A stretch of 64,000 nucleotides of DNA, from contig CAMBEE010000002.1 of NCBI GenBank assembly GCA_945865665.1, positions 57,961 to 121,960 on the forward strand. The letters are read 5' to 3'. The position numbers and the translations under genes are program-made. Shown here in pieces: positions 1 to 8,475 of the stretch. This DNA comes from an uncultured Clostridium sp. Its GTDB lineage: Bacteria > Bacillota > Clostridia > TANB77 > CAG-508. The notes beneath the pieces were generated by a model. That model did not search any database. It was not told where the DNA came from and worked only from the letters and a program-made list of their open reading frames with translations. How positions within the stretch are numbered: position 1 is the first letter of the stretch; each line of letters starts with the position of its first letter.

Positions 1-282
1 AATTATAAAGAGTTTTTAAATGTTTTTATAAAGAATGAAAGACTAAAAGAATTTGCAAATGCAGTTATAAACATTTTCATTTTAGTATCTTTTTATATAA
101 TGATAGCAGGATTTGGAGCATATTTAGAACAAGAAATAAATTTAAACAGCATACTAGGAAGTAGCATTTTAGCAATTTTATGCTTCATTTTATTCAAAAC
201 TAATATAAATGGAATTGTAAAAATAAATGAAATATTAATTCCAATATTAATAGTAGTGGTTTTAGGAATACGGGATAAGTAA
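1..282 (+). CDS. membrane protein fragment (open from window edge); probable 5' part of a frameshifted YkvI-like membrane-protein gene
   Basis: Frame 1 is open from base 1 to the TAA at 280-282. The translation is hydrophobic (…AGFGAYLEQEINLNSILGSSILAILCFILF…). Confidence 0.4.
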   Translation, partial: NYKEFLNVFIKNERLKEFANAVINIFILVSFYIMIAGFGAYLEQEINLNSILGSSILAILCFILFKTNINGIVKINEILIPILIVVVLGIRDK

Positions 283-307
283 CCTAAAAAATATTGATTT
301 TATAAAT

Positions 308-832
308 TTGAATAATTATTTGATAGTACAAAAAGGAGAAAAGATATTTGAAAATTGGTTTATAACAAGCATATTATATGCAAGCTATAATTGTGTATTA
401 CTTATACCAGTTTTAATATCAATAAAAGAACTTATAAAGAAGCCTAAAAACATAAAATATATTTCTATAATTGTAAGTGGTATAGTAATAATTTTGTTAA
501 TAACAGTATTTTTATTTTTAATAAATGTAGATATAGATATAAAACAACTGCAAATGCCTGCAGTATATGCAATAAGCCAAATTTGGCCGGGAATAAAGAA
601 AATATATGGTGGAATTATATTGATTTCAATTTTTACAACTGCAATTTCTCTAGGAATAGGATTTTTAAAAAATATTACTGATAATAAAAGAACTTTTAAT
701 GTTGTTTCTGGTCTGATGTGTATTACATCAGTCTTGTTTTCAGGAATAGGTTTTGCTAGCTTAGTAAATTTGATGTATCCAATTTTGGGAATTTTGGGGT
801 TAATTCAAATTATACAAATTTGTTTTAAGTAG
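308..832 (+). CDS. multi-pass membrane protein, probable 3' part of the same disrupted gene
   Basis: 174-aa ORF with several hydrophobic helices. Its frame is already open from 266 and overlaps the end of the upstream ORF. The start is TTG only, with no convincing RBS. Confidence 0.45.
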   Translation: MNNYLIVQKGEKIFENWFITSILYASYNCVLLIPVLISIKELIKKPKNIKYISIIVSGIVIILLITVFLFLINVDIDIKQLQMPAVYAISQIWPGIKKIYGGIILISIFTTAISLGIGFLKNITDNKRTFNVVSGLMCITSVLFSGIGFASLVNLMYPILGILGLIQIIQICFK

Positions 833-845
833 TTAAAAATATCAT

Positions 846-868
846 TCACAGGTATTTCTGTGATTTTT
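846..868 (+). terminator. rho-independent terminator
   Basis: Hairpin tcacag-N6-ctgtga followed by a T-run, directly after the membrane-protein ORF. Confidence 0.5.
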
Positions 869-1263
869 CCTACTGAACTGTAACGTAAATATTGAAATGT
901 CGAAATTTGACGAACGATTTTTCTTGATTTTTCAATAAAATTATGGTAACATATGACTATGCAATTTATTTGACAATTGCATAGTCAAAATTTTTAAAAA
1001 TAAAAATTAAATCTAGCAACTTTGGAAAGACAAAAACATTTTAATTAATTTAATCTAATTTATTATTTCTAAATTTTAAGATTAAAAAATTAAGTTCAAA
1101 ATTTAAATCGAAAATACCCAAAAGTATTGGAAAATAAGGCAAGAAAGGAGGTGCATTTTTTATAGTGCAAATTGTCAATAAAATTGTAAATACAATTAAT
1201 AAATATTTACTAAATAGTATTGCCAAAAACAAAAATATTTAGTATAATTAGAAAGGACAGTAT

Positions 1264-2055
1264 ATGGTAAAAGAAAAAACAAACAAAGTAGAAAGATTAC
1301 CAATTACAAATGATTATATATTTAAAAGAGTATTTGCATTTGAAGGAAATGAAAGTATATTAAAAGATTTTTTGGAAGCAATTTTAAAGAAGGACATTAA
1401 AGAAGTAGAAATAAAAAATCCAGAAATAATACCTTACGAAAAAGATGAAAAACGAGGACTATTAGATATAAAAGCTCAAATAGATGATGGAACAATTTTA
1501 GACATAGAGATGCAAATGGAAGATGAGAAAAATACAGAAGAAAGAGGAACGGAATATTTAGGCAAAATGATATCAGAACAGCTACAAGAAGGAGAAGAAT
1601 ATATAAAATTAAAAAAGAGTATAGTAATATTTATAACAAATTATAATTTCTTAAAAAGGAATAGTTACCATAGTGTGGGAAAAGTAAAATTTGATGAAAC
1701 ATTACCAGAAGAATATGTAAATATGGGATATAAAGAAGAAGACGAAATAGCATCAAAATACATAGAGTTTCATTATATAGAATTACCAAAATATAAGAAA
1801 AAAGAACCATCAAAATTTACAAAATTAGACCAATGGATGTGTATATTTACACAAAATGAGGAGGGGATTATTTTGGCAGAGAAAGAAAATAAAGAAATAA
1901 AAAAAGCAATAAGAGCTTTAGACTTTATAAGTGCAGACCCAAAGGAAAGAGAAAGGCACAATTCTATATTAATGGCAGAGATTAATAGGAGAACAAGTGA
2001 GCATAACTTTTTTGAAGCTGGGAAAGAAGAACGGAATTCAAAAGGGAAGATATGA
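1264..2055 (+). CDS. Rpn/YhgA-like PD-(D/E)XK recombination-promoting nuclease (putative transposase), C-terminus out of frame
   Basis: The N-terminus LPITNDYIFKRVF…LLDIKAQIDDGTILDIEMQ is typical of the Rpn/PD-(D/E)XK transposase family. The family's usual KKLLKMGM…IEEATGLTKEEIEKL tail is encoded in another frame at 2016-2171. Confidence 0.75.
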   Translation: MVKEKTNKVERLPITNDYIFKRVFAFEGNESILKDFLEAILKKDIKEVEIKNPEIIPYEKDEKRGLLDIKAQIDDGTILDIEMQMEDEKNTEERGTEYLGKMISEQLQEGEEYIKLKKSIVIFITNYNFLKRNSYHSVGKVKFDETLPEEYVNMGYKEEDEIASKYIEFHYIELPKYKKKEPSKFTKLDQWMCIFTQNEEGIILAEKENKEIKKAIRALDFISADPKERERHNSILMAEINRRTSEHNFFEAGKEERNSKGKI

Positions 2056-2334
2056 GCGGGAGAAAAGAAGGAAAAAAAGAAACAGCAAAAAAACTATTAA
2101 AAATGGGAATGAAAGTTGAACAAATTATAGAAGCAACAGGACTAACAAAAGAAGAAATAGAAAAATTATAAAAAAATCAAAAGTGAATTCAATATAGTAG
2201 AAATTAAAAAATATCTATTATATTGGATTCATTTTTTTAGCAACACAAAAATCAAAATAAATATTGCAAAAAAAACAAAAAACTGATATAACATATGTAA
2301 CAAAACAAAGGAAAATATAATGCCTTGAGAAAGG

Positions 2335-3525
2335 ATGCAAAATATGAAAGATTTTTGGAAAGAACCAGAAGAAAAAAAGATAAATAAAAAGAAAATAATA
2401 ATAGCAACAATAATAGCAATAATTATAACAATATTAGTAGCAATAATAGCAATATATGCTAATAACAAAAATGCGAGAAATTGGATAGATAAAAATATAT
2501 TACAAAAAGAAAAAACACAAAACAACTTGCCTAGTATAGAAATTGACGAAAGTAACAATGCAAGTATATATGCATTCAACAAGTATATAGGAATATTAAA
2601 CAAAAATAACTTTGAAATATATGACAACACAGGAAAAAAAGACAAAACATTAACTTTAGAAATTACAAAACCAATATATAATTCAAACAATAGATATCTG
2701 GCTGTAGCAGAAGAAAAAGGACAAAAGATATATTTAATAGAAGATAAAGAAATAAAATGGGAAACAGAAGTAGAAGGAAATATATCACAAATCACAGTAA
2801 ATAAAAACGGATATGTTGCTGTAACAATAGTAGATACAAGCTATAAAGCGGTAATACAGATGTATGACAGTCAAGGAAATGCACTATTTAAAACATTCCT
2901 ATCTTCAACAAGAGTAGCATCAACATCAATATCAGAAGATAATAAATATTTAGCAATTGCAGAAATAGATACATCTGGAACAATGATACAATCAAACATT
3001 AAGATATATTCAATTGATGATGCAAAAAACAATTCAGAAGAATCACTAAAAAAGACATACAATGGAGAAAATAATGATCTAATTACTGATATAAAATATC
3101 AAGAAAAAGACAAATTGCTATGTATGTACACAGACAAAATAAAGCTGATAAAAACAGATGAAACAACAGATACCATACAAGAATTTAATGATAAAAAAAT
3201 ATCATTTGCATCAATAGAATTAGCAAATTCAACAGTAACAGTAGAAGAAAAATCTTCAGGAATATTTACAGCAGATTCAGTATTAAATATAATAAACTCA
3301 GACAATAAAAGTACATCAATTTATACAACAGAAACTGTAACAAAAGAAATGTATACAAAAGGTGATTTAATTGCACTAAATTTGGGTTCAGAAGTTGAAT
3401 TTATAAATACAAACGGATGGCTAGTAAAAAAATATATTGCAGAACAAGAGATAACAAGTATTGTGCTATCAAACTCAATTGCAGGAATAATATATAGAGA
3501 TAAAATAGAAATTATAAATATGTAA
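2335..3525 (+). CDS. N-terminally membrane-anchored repeat protein (DUF5711-like, beta-propeller-like)
   Basis: 396-aa ORF with one TM helix (IIIATIIAIIITILVAIIAIY) followed by repetitive beta-rich segments. It sits next to cvpA, as in many Clostridia. The family assignment is from memory. Confidence 0.55.
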   Translation: MQNMKDFWKEPEEKKINKKKIIIATIIAIIITILVAIIAIYANNKNARNWIDKNILQKEKTQNNLPSIEIDESNNASIYAFNKYIGILNKNNFEIYDNTGKKDKTLTLEITKPIYNSNNRYLAVAEEKGQKIYLIEDKEIKWETEVEGNISQITVNKNGYVAVTIVDTSYKAVIQMYDSQGNALFKTFLSSTRVASTSISEDNKYLAIAEIDTSGTMIQSNIKIYSIDDAKNNSEESLKKTYNGENNDLITDIKYQEKDKLLCMYTDKIKLIKTDETTDTIQEFNDKKISFASIELANSTVTVEEKSSGIFTADSVLNIINSDNKSTSIYTTETVTKEMYTKGDLIALNLGSEVEFINTNGWLVKKYIAEQEITSIVLSNSIAGIIYRDKIEIINM

Positions 3526-3552
3526 TCAACATATATAAAAAATTTATAATCC

Positions 3553-4173
3553 ATGGAAAGGAAAATAAAAATGGGAATTTTGATAGATATAATTTTAATA
3601 GCGATTTTATTGATATCTGCATTTTCAGGATACAAAAGAGGGTTAGTAAAATTAGGAGCAAATCTATTTGCTGGAATAATTGCAATAGTGGTGACATTGA
3701 TTTTATTTAGACCAATAGCAGGTGCAATAATAAAGAACACAACATTAGATGAAAAAATTAAAAATATAATTATAGAAAATGCATCAAGTTTTGGAGCAAA
3801 TAGTAATGAAGATAATAACATAACCGAACAATTAACAAATGAAGTAAAAAATCAAATGATACCACAAGAAGCAGAGAAAATAGCAATAAGTGCTATATAT
3901 GCTATAACATCAGTAGTATTATTCGTAGTAGTAAAAATAATATTAAGTATAGTGATATCTTTAATTGATGGCGTAGCAAGATTACCAATACTAAAACAAT
4001 TTAATGAAATAGGTGGAATGGCATATGGAATTTTAAGGGGAATATTAATAGTATTTATTGTTATATTATTAATGGGAGTATACACAAAAATTAAGCCAGA
4101 AAGTACATTAAATTACAATATTCAGAAATCTTATATAACAAAAACAATAAATGAAAAAATTATCAAAATTTAA
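3553..4173 (+). CDS. cvpA: CvpA family membrane protein
   Basis: MGILIDIILIAILLISAFSGYKRGLVK… is the typical CvpA N-terminus, and there are 4 hydrophobic helices. The true start is probably the ATG at ~3571-3583. Confidence 0.8.
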   Translation: MERKIKMGILIDIILIAILLISAFSGYKRGLVKLGANLFAGIIAIVVTLILFRPIAGAIIKNTTLDEKIKNIIIENASSFGANSNEDNNITEQLTNEVKNQMIPQEAEKIAISAIYAITSVVLFVVVKIILSIVISLIDGVARLPILKQFNEIGGMAYGILRGILIVFIVILLMGVYTKIKPESTLNYNIQKSYITKTINEKIIKI

Positions 4174-4179
4174 ATAAAA

Positions 4180-4206
4180 AAGCGCAAATTTATTGCGTTT
4201 TTTTTT
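4180..4206 (+). terminator. rho-independent terminator after cvpA
   Basis: Stem aagcgcaa/ttgcgttt followed by a T-run of 9. Confidence 0.6.
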
Positions 4207-4258
4207 GATTTTTGTTATACTATTAACAAATTTGATACACAAATCAGGAGTGGTTATT

Positions 4259-5647
4259 TTGAAAAAGAAACAAATAGAAAAAGATAAAAATAGAGAAAAC
4301 AAAAGAAGAAAGAAAAAAACATGGAAAAAAGTACTATTAGTAATATTATTAATTTTAATAATAGCAATAGGATGGTTCACATATAGAACTTATAAAAATG
4401 GTGGGGGACTAAGCGGAATGCTTGCAACTGTAGTAGGACATGATGAAAATACAAAGAAAAATCTAAAGGAAATAAGGGTTTTGATTTTAGGAGTAAGCAC
4501 AGATTTGGATTCAGAATTAACAGATACAATAATGGTAGCATCATATAATCCAAATACACAAAAAGCAAATTTGCTTTCAATACCAAGAGATACATATACA
4601 GGAAAAAATAAAAGTAGAGCAACAGCATCACAAAAAATAAATTCACTTTATAATATAAATAAAAATCCAGAAAAAACACTTGAAGCAGTCAATGAATTAA
4701 CAGGTTTAGACATTCAATATTATGTAGTAGTAAAAACAGAAGCATTAATAGAAGTTGTAGATGCAATAGGTGGAGTAGAATTTGATGTTCCAATAGATAT
4801 GAAATATGACGACCCTACACAAGACTTACATATTGACTTAAAAGCCGGATTACAAAAGTTGGATGGAAATAAAGCTGAACAATTGCTAAGATGGAGACAC
4901 AGTAATACAAAAAATGGAGTAATGACAACATATCCATCAGAATACGGAAATGACGACTTCGGAAGGATGAGAACACAAAGAGACTTTATAGTTGCAACAA
5001 TGAAGCAAACTTTAAAACCAGGAAATATCTTTAAAATAGGACAATTATTAGAAATTGCAAATAAAAATGTAGAAACAAATATAGAACTTTCACTAGCAAA
5101 AGACTATGTGCCATATGCAGTAGAATTCAATACAGATGAAATAAAAACAGCAGTACTTCCAGGAACAACACCAGATGTAAAAGAAACAAACGGAGTAAGC
5201 ATATTTGTTGTTAATAAAACAGAAGCAAAAGAGTTAATAAACTCAATGTTTTACGAAGAAGAAAATAATGATTCAGAAAACAATACAACAAATAGTATAG
5301 AAGGTAACAGTACAAGCAATTCAAGTACAAATAGTACAACAAACAGCACATCTAATAAAACATCGACAAATACTAAAAGCTCACAAATAACAATAGAACT
5401 ATTAAATGGTAGTGGAGATAAAAATAAATTGTCAGAAGCAAAAAAACAACTAGAAGATGCTGGGTATAGAGTTAAGAAAACAGGAAGCACAACAGCAATA
5501 TCTAAAACAATAATAACAAACAAAAAAGGTATTTCAGATGATAATTTAAAACAAATAAAAGAAGCATTAGGAACTGGAAGTATTTCAACAAATAAATCTA
5601 GTACAAGTATTGTAGATGTTACAGTAGTAATAGGAAAAGATTTTTAA
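4259..5647 (+). CDS. LCP (LytR-CpsA-Psr) family cell-wall glycopolymer transferase with a C-terminal LytR_C-like domain
   Basis: TM anchor, then ILGVSTDL…DTIMVASYNPNTQKANLLSIPRDTY (LCP core). The C-terminus has an S/T/N-rich linker plus ITIELLNGSG…VVIGKDF. The start is set at TTG 4259 (RBS AGGAG at 4246-4250), because the ORF-track start at 4193 lies inside the cvpA terminator. Confidence 0.85.
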   Translation: MKKKQIEKDKNRENKRRKKKTWKKVLLVILLILIIAIGWFTYRTYKNGGGLSGMLATVVGHDENTKKNLKEIRVLILGVSTDLDSELTDTIMVASYNPNTQKANLLSIPRDTYTGKNKSRATASQKINSLYNINKNPEKTLEAVNELTGLDIQYYVVVKTEALIEVVDAIGGVEFDVPIDMKYDDPTQDLHIDLKAGLQKLDGNKAEQLLRWRHSNTKNGVMTTYPSEYGNDDFGRMRTQRDFIVATMKQTLKPGNIFKIGQLLEIANKNVETNIELSLAKDYVPYAVEFNTDEIKTAVLPGTTPDVKETNGVSIFVVNKTEAKELINSMFYEEENNDSENNTTNSIEGNSTSNSSTNSTTNSTSNKTSTNTKSSQITIELLNGSGDKNKLSEAKKQLEDAGYRVKKTGSTTAISKTIITNKKGISDDNLKQIKEALGTGSISTNKSSTSIVDVTVVIGKDF

Positions 5648-5656
5648 TCACCAAAT

Positions 5657-5694
5657 TATATATTAGGAAAGAAACACAACTTTCCTAATATATA
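5657..5694. terminator. hairpin between convergent genes
   Basis: ~14-bp stem tatatattaggaaa / tttcctaatatata with a 10-nt loop. Confidence 0.5.
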
Positions 5695-5731
5695 TAATTA
5701 AATTAAATGAAAATTTATTTCATGAAGTTAT

Positions 5732-5757
5732 AAAAAAAGACAGATTTTTATCTGTCC
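5732..5757 (-). terminator. rho-independent terminator of the carboxypeptidase gene
   Basis: On the minus strand, ggacaga-loop-tctgtc is followed by TTTTTTT. Confidence 0.6.
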
Positions 5758-5765
5758 TTAAATTA

Positions 5766-7043
5766 TTAAAATAATTTTTTTCGATGTGATTTTTTATTCG
5801 AATTAGAATCAAACAACAACTTATATAATAAGAAAAGTATTAAAATAACCAAAATGATTTGAACAACTATTGTTATAAAACCAGACTGTTCAACACTATG
5901 GGATGCAAGTAAATTAGAAGAGTATTGTATACCATCAATAGTATAAGTGATTTTTCCAACAACCTGACCTTGAGCGATAGGAGCAAATAAATTATCTTGC
6001 AATTCAATTTGAGGTTCAAATTCTGTATCAAATTCATCTTGAGTAACTAAAGCAGACAAATCGTCAGAAATTAATAAATCTAAATTTCTCGTTTCTTTAG
6101 TACCATTACCAATTTCTATTTGAGTTGCTATAGCATCTTTTTCTCTTAACTTTTTTATTGTGTAATTGTTGTATCCGTAATCAAAAATAGACTTTGTATC
6201 GACAAATTTTGCACTTACATTATTAGGATATATTCCTGCAGAAAGAACAACACATATAAGCTCTAAATTTTCTTTTTTAGCAACTGAAACCAAACAGTTT
6301 TTAGCTTGCGTTGTATATCCAGTTTTACCAGCAATCGCGTATTTATAGTAGTAATTGCTACTTACATCTCTGTTATCATAAATCAACAATTCATTAGTTG
6401 TATTAAATACTCTAACATCATATTTATTTGTTGCTGGTATAGTGCAGTATTTTAAAGAAGATAAACTTCTAAAAGTATCATTTTTCATACAATATTTCAT
6501 TATAATAGCTAAATCATGAGCTGTTGTATAATGATTTTCGTCATGCATGCCACTTGGATTAGTAAAATGAGTATTTGTCAAACCCAATTCAGATACTTTA
6601 TTATTCATTAACTCTGCAAAGTTTTCAATAGAACCAGACACATGAAAGGCTAATACATTTGCAGCATCATTTGCTGAATGAACCAACATTACCTGCAATA
6701 ATTGTTCTACCGTAAGTTGCTCTCCAGCTTGCAATGCTGCAACAGAGTAACCTGATGTAATAGAAGAAATAGCTTCATATGGTACTGTTACTACATCATT
6801 TAAGTTACAATTTTCTATTGTTAGAATTGCTGTAAGTATTTTTGTAGTACTTGCTGGATACATTTTTTGATTTTCATTTTTTGAATATAAAACTTTTTCA
6901 CTTGAACTATCTATTAATATTGCAGCATCTGTAGAAATTTCTGGTTGTTCTGTAAGTGCATAACACATTGATGTGTGCAATATAAAAATTAACATAAATA
7001 TTATTACTAAACTTTTTCTAAATTTCATTATATAACGCTCCAT
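5766..7043 (-). CDS. serine-type D-alanyl-D-alanine carboxypeptidase (PBP5/S11 family)
   Basis: Signal peptide; SxxK (ASTTK), SxN (SAND) and KTG (KTGYT) motifs in the canonical order; C-terminal membrane anchor. Confidence 0.9.
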   Translation of the reverse strand: MERYIMKFRKSLVIIFMLIFILHTSMCYALTEQPEISTDAAILIDSSSEKVLYSKNENQKMYPASTTKILTAILTIENCNLNDVVTVPYEAISSITSGYSVAALQAGEQLTVEQLLQVMLVHSANDAANVLAFHVSGSIENFAELMNNKVSELGLTNTHFTNPSGMHDENHYTTAHDLAIIMKYCMKNDTFRSLSSLKYCTIPATNKYDVRVFNTTNELLIYDNRDVSSNYYYKYAIAGKTGYTTQAKNCLVSVAKKENLELICVVLSAGIYPNNVSAKFVDTKSIFDYGYNNYTIKKLREKDAIATQIEIGNGTKETRNLDLLISDDLSALVTQDEFDTEFEPQIELQDNLFAPIAQGQVVGKITYTIDGIQYSSNLLASHSVEQSGFITIVVQIILVILILFLLYKLLFDSNSNKKSHRKKLF

Positions 7044-7169
7044 TAAAAAACATATAGAATAATATACAATATTTTGACAAAAAATTCAATTATTTATACA
7101 AAATTTTACAAAATATTATTACAAGATTTGGTTTTATAGTTGAAAATTTTATATTGATACTAAGTGGGC

Positions 7170-7522
7170 ATTAAGGATATATATTAAGGATTTTATATGT
7201 TTATTACGTTCAAAAAGAAAATCTAATATTAGAAATTGAGCCTCTTTCACTCAGGTATAAAATGTATATATGTATATGAGGTTAAATTTTTGAATTTGAT
7301 TGGAACAATATTAGAATTTCTTAAATAAATTAATGGAAAGAGTTCATATGGAAGGGTGCCATTAATTTATATAGAAATTCTTATATTGTGTATTGAAAAA
7401 TAAAAAATTTAACCTCATATACATATATACATTTTTCCGTGAACATCCCTCAATTTCTAATCTAAGATTATCTATTTTTCACTACACTCAAACATATAAA
7501 ATCCTTAATATATATCCTTAAT
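7170..7522. repeat. ~350-bp segmented imperfect palindrome (long hairpin / cruciform-capable element)
   Basis: Five perfectly complementary blocks: 7170-7202/7490-7522 (33 bp), 7229-7240/7449-7460 (12 bp), 7259-7291/7403-7435 (33 bp), 7313-7321/7373-7381 (9 bp), 7325-7336/7359-7370 (12 bp). They are separated by non-complementary bubbles. The apical loop is 7337-7358. Confidence 0.85.
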
Positions 7523-7586
7523 ACCCCACAATAATATCAGTATAAAATACAAAGCAATAAAAAAATAGAAAAACGAGGAGGAAAAC

Positions 7587-8261
7587 ATGAAAAAAATAAA
7601 CAAAAAAATAGTTGTCTACATAATTATAATAAGCGTGATAGCACTAATAATCCACGAAGTAGCAATAAAAAAGGAAAATTTTATAGAAAATATAACAGAC
7701 ATAAACACAATAGAAACATCAGAAGAAAATGAAACAAAAGAACAAAAAAAAGTAGACATAACGAATAAAATAATGGTTTATATAACAGGAGAAGTAAAAA
7801 ATCCAGGAATATATGAACTAGGAGAAAACTCAAGAATAAAAGATGTTATAGAAAAAGCAGGAGGACTAAAAGAAACAGCAGATATTACTGACATAAATTT
7901 AGCAACAATATTACAAGACGAAGACAAAATAACAATACCAACAAAAGATAAAACAATGGAAGAAAAACAAAACACGGAAAGAATACAAAGTAATAAGCAG
8001 AGCAAAACTACAGAAAAGTCACAAAATACAACTAGTATATCAACAAATACTACAGGAAAAAATCAAAATACAAAAGTTAATATAAATACAGCAACACAAA
8101 CTGAACTAGAAACATTACCAGGAATAGGTCCATCTACAGCAAGTAAGATAGTAAGTTATAGAAAAGAAAATGGAAAATTTAAAAGCATAGAAGAAATCAA
8201 AAAAGTAAATGGAATAGGAGAGAGTAAATACAAAAAAATAAAAGAATTAATAAAAGTATAA
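7587..8261 (+). CDS. comEA: ComEA family DNA-binding competence protein (TM anchor, SLBB-like domain, helix-hairpin-helix)
   Basis: The C-terminus VNINTATQTELETLPGIGPSTASKIVSYRKENGKFKSIEEIKKVNGIGESKYKKI is the tandem HhH of ComEA. RBS GAGGAGG lies upstream. Confidence 0.85.
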   Translation: MKKINKKIVVYIIIISVIALIIHEVAIKKENFIENITDINTIETSEENETKEQKKVDITNKIMVYITGEVKNPGIYELGENSRIKDVIEKAGGLKETADITDINLATILQDEDKITIPTKDKTMEEKQNTERIQSNKQSKTTEKSQNTTSISTNTTGKNQNTKVNINTATQTELETLPGIGPSTASKIVSYRKENGKFKSIEEIKKVNGIGESKYKKIKELIKV

Positions 8262-8475
8262 AAATGTTGAAATCCGTAGTATTTTGAAAAAATTTAACAC
8301 AAATGTTACAAAATCTTAATATAAATGTTTTATAAAATAAAAGAAACTCTCAAAATCAATATCCGTAGATATAGAAGTAATGCCGCTGACAAATGACTCC
8401 AAAAGTACTATTGAAAAGAAAAAAAGAATTTATTAAAATAAAATCAACTATAATTATGAAAAAGGAGAAACAATT

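Noticed and set aside
2229-2795. 188-aa minus-strand ORF overlapping the start of the DUF5711-like gene
   Set aside because: It is an I/F/L-rich mirror of an AT-rich sense gene with no RBS. The plus-strand gene has coherent TM and repeat architecture.
8283-8296. Recurrent TTTTGAAAAAATTT-like tracts (8283, 31078, 41520, 49705, 49741, 58369…) as a dispersed regulatory motif
   Set aside because: In such an AT-rich genome these A/T tracts are expected by chance and often coincide with UP-element positions. Only the longer match between 49738-49760 and the 58.35-kb repeat unit was kept, as a note.
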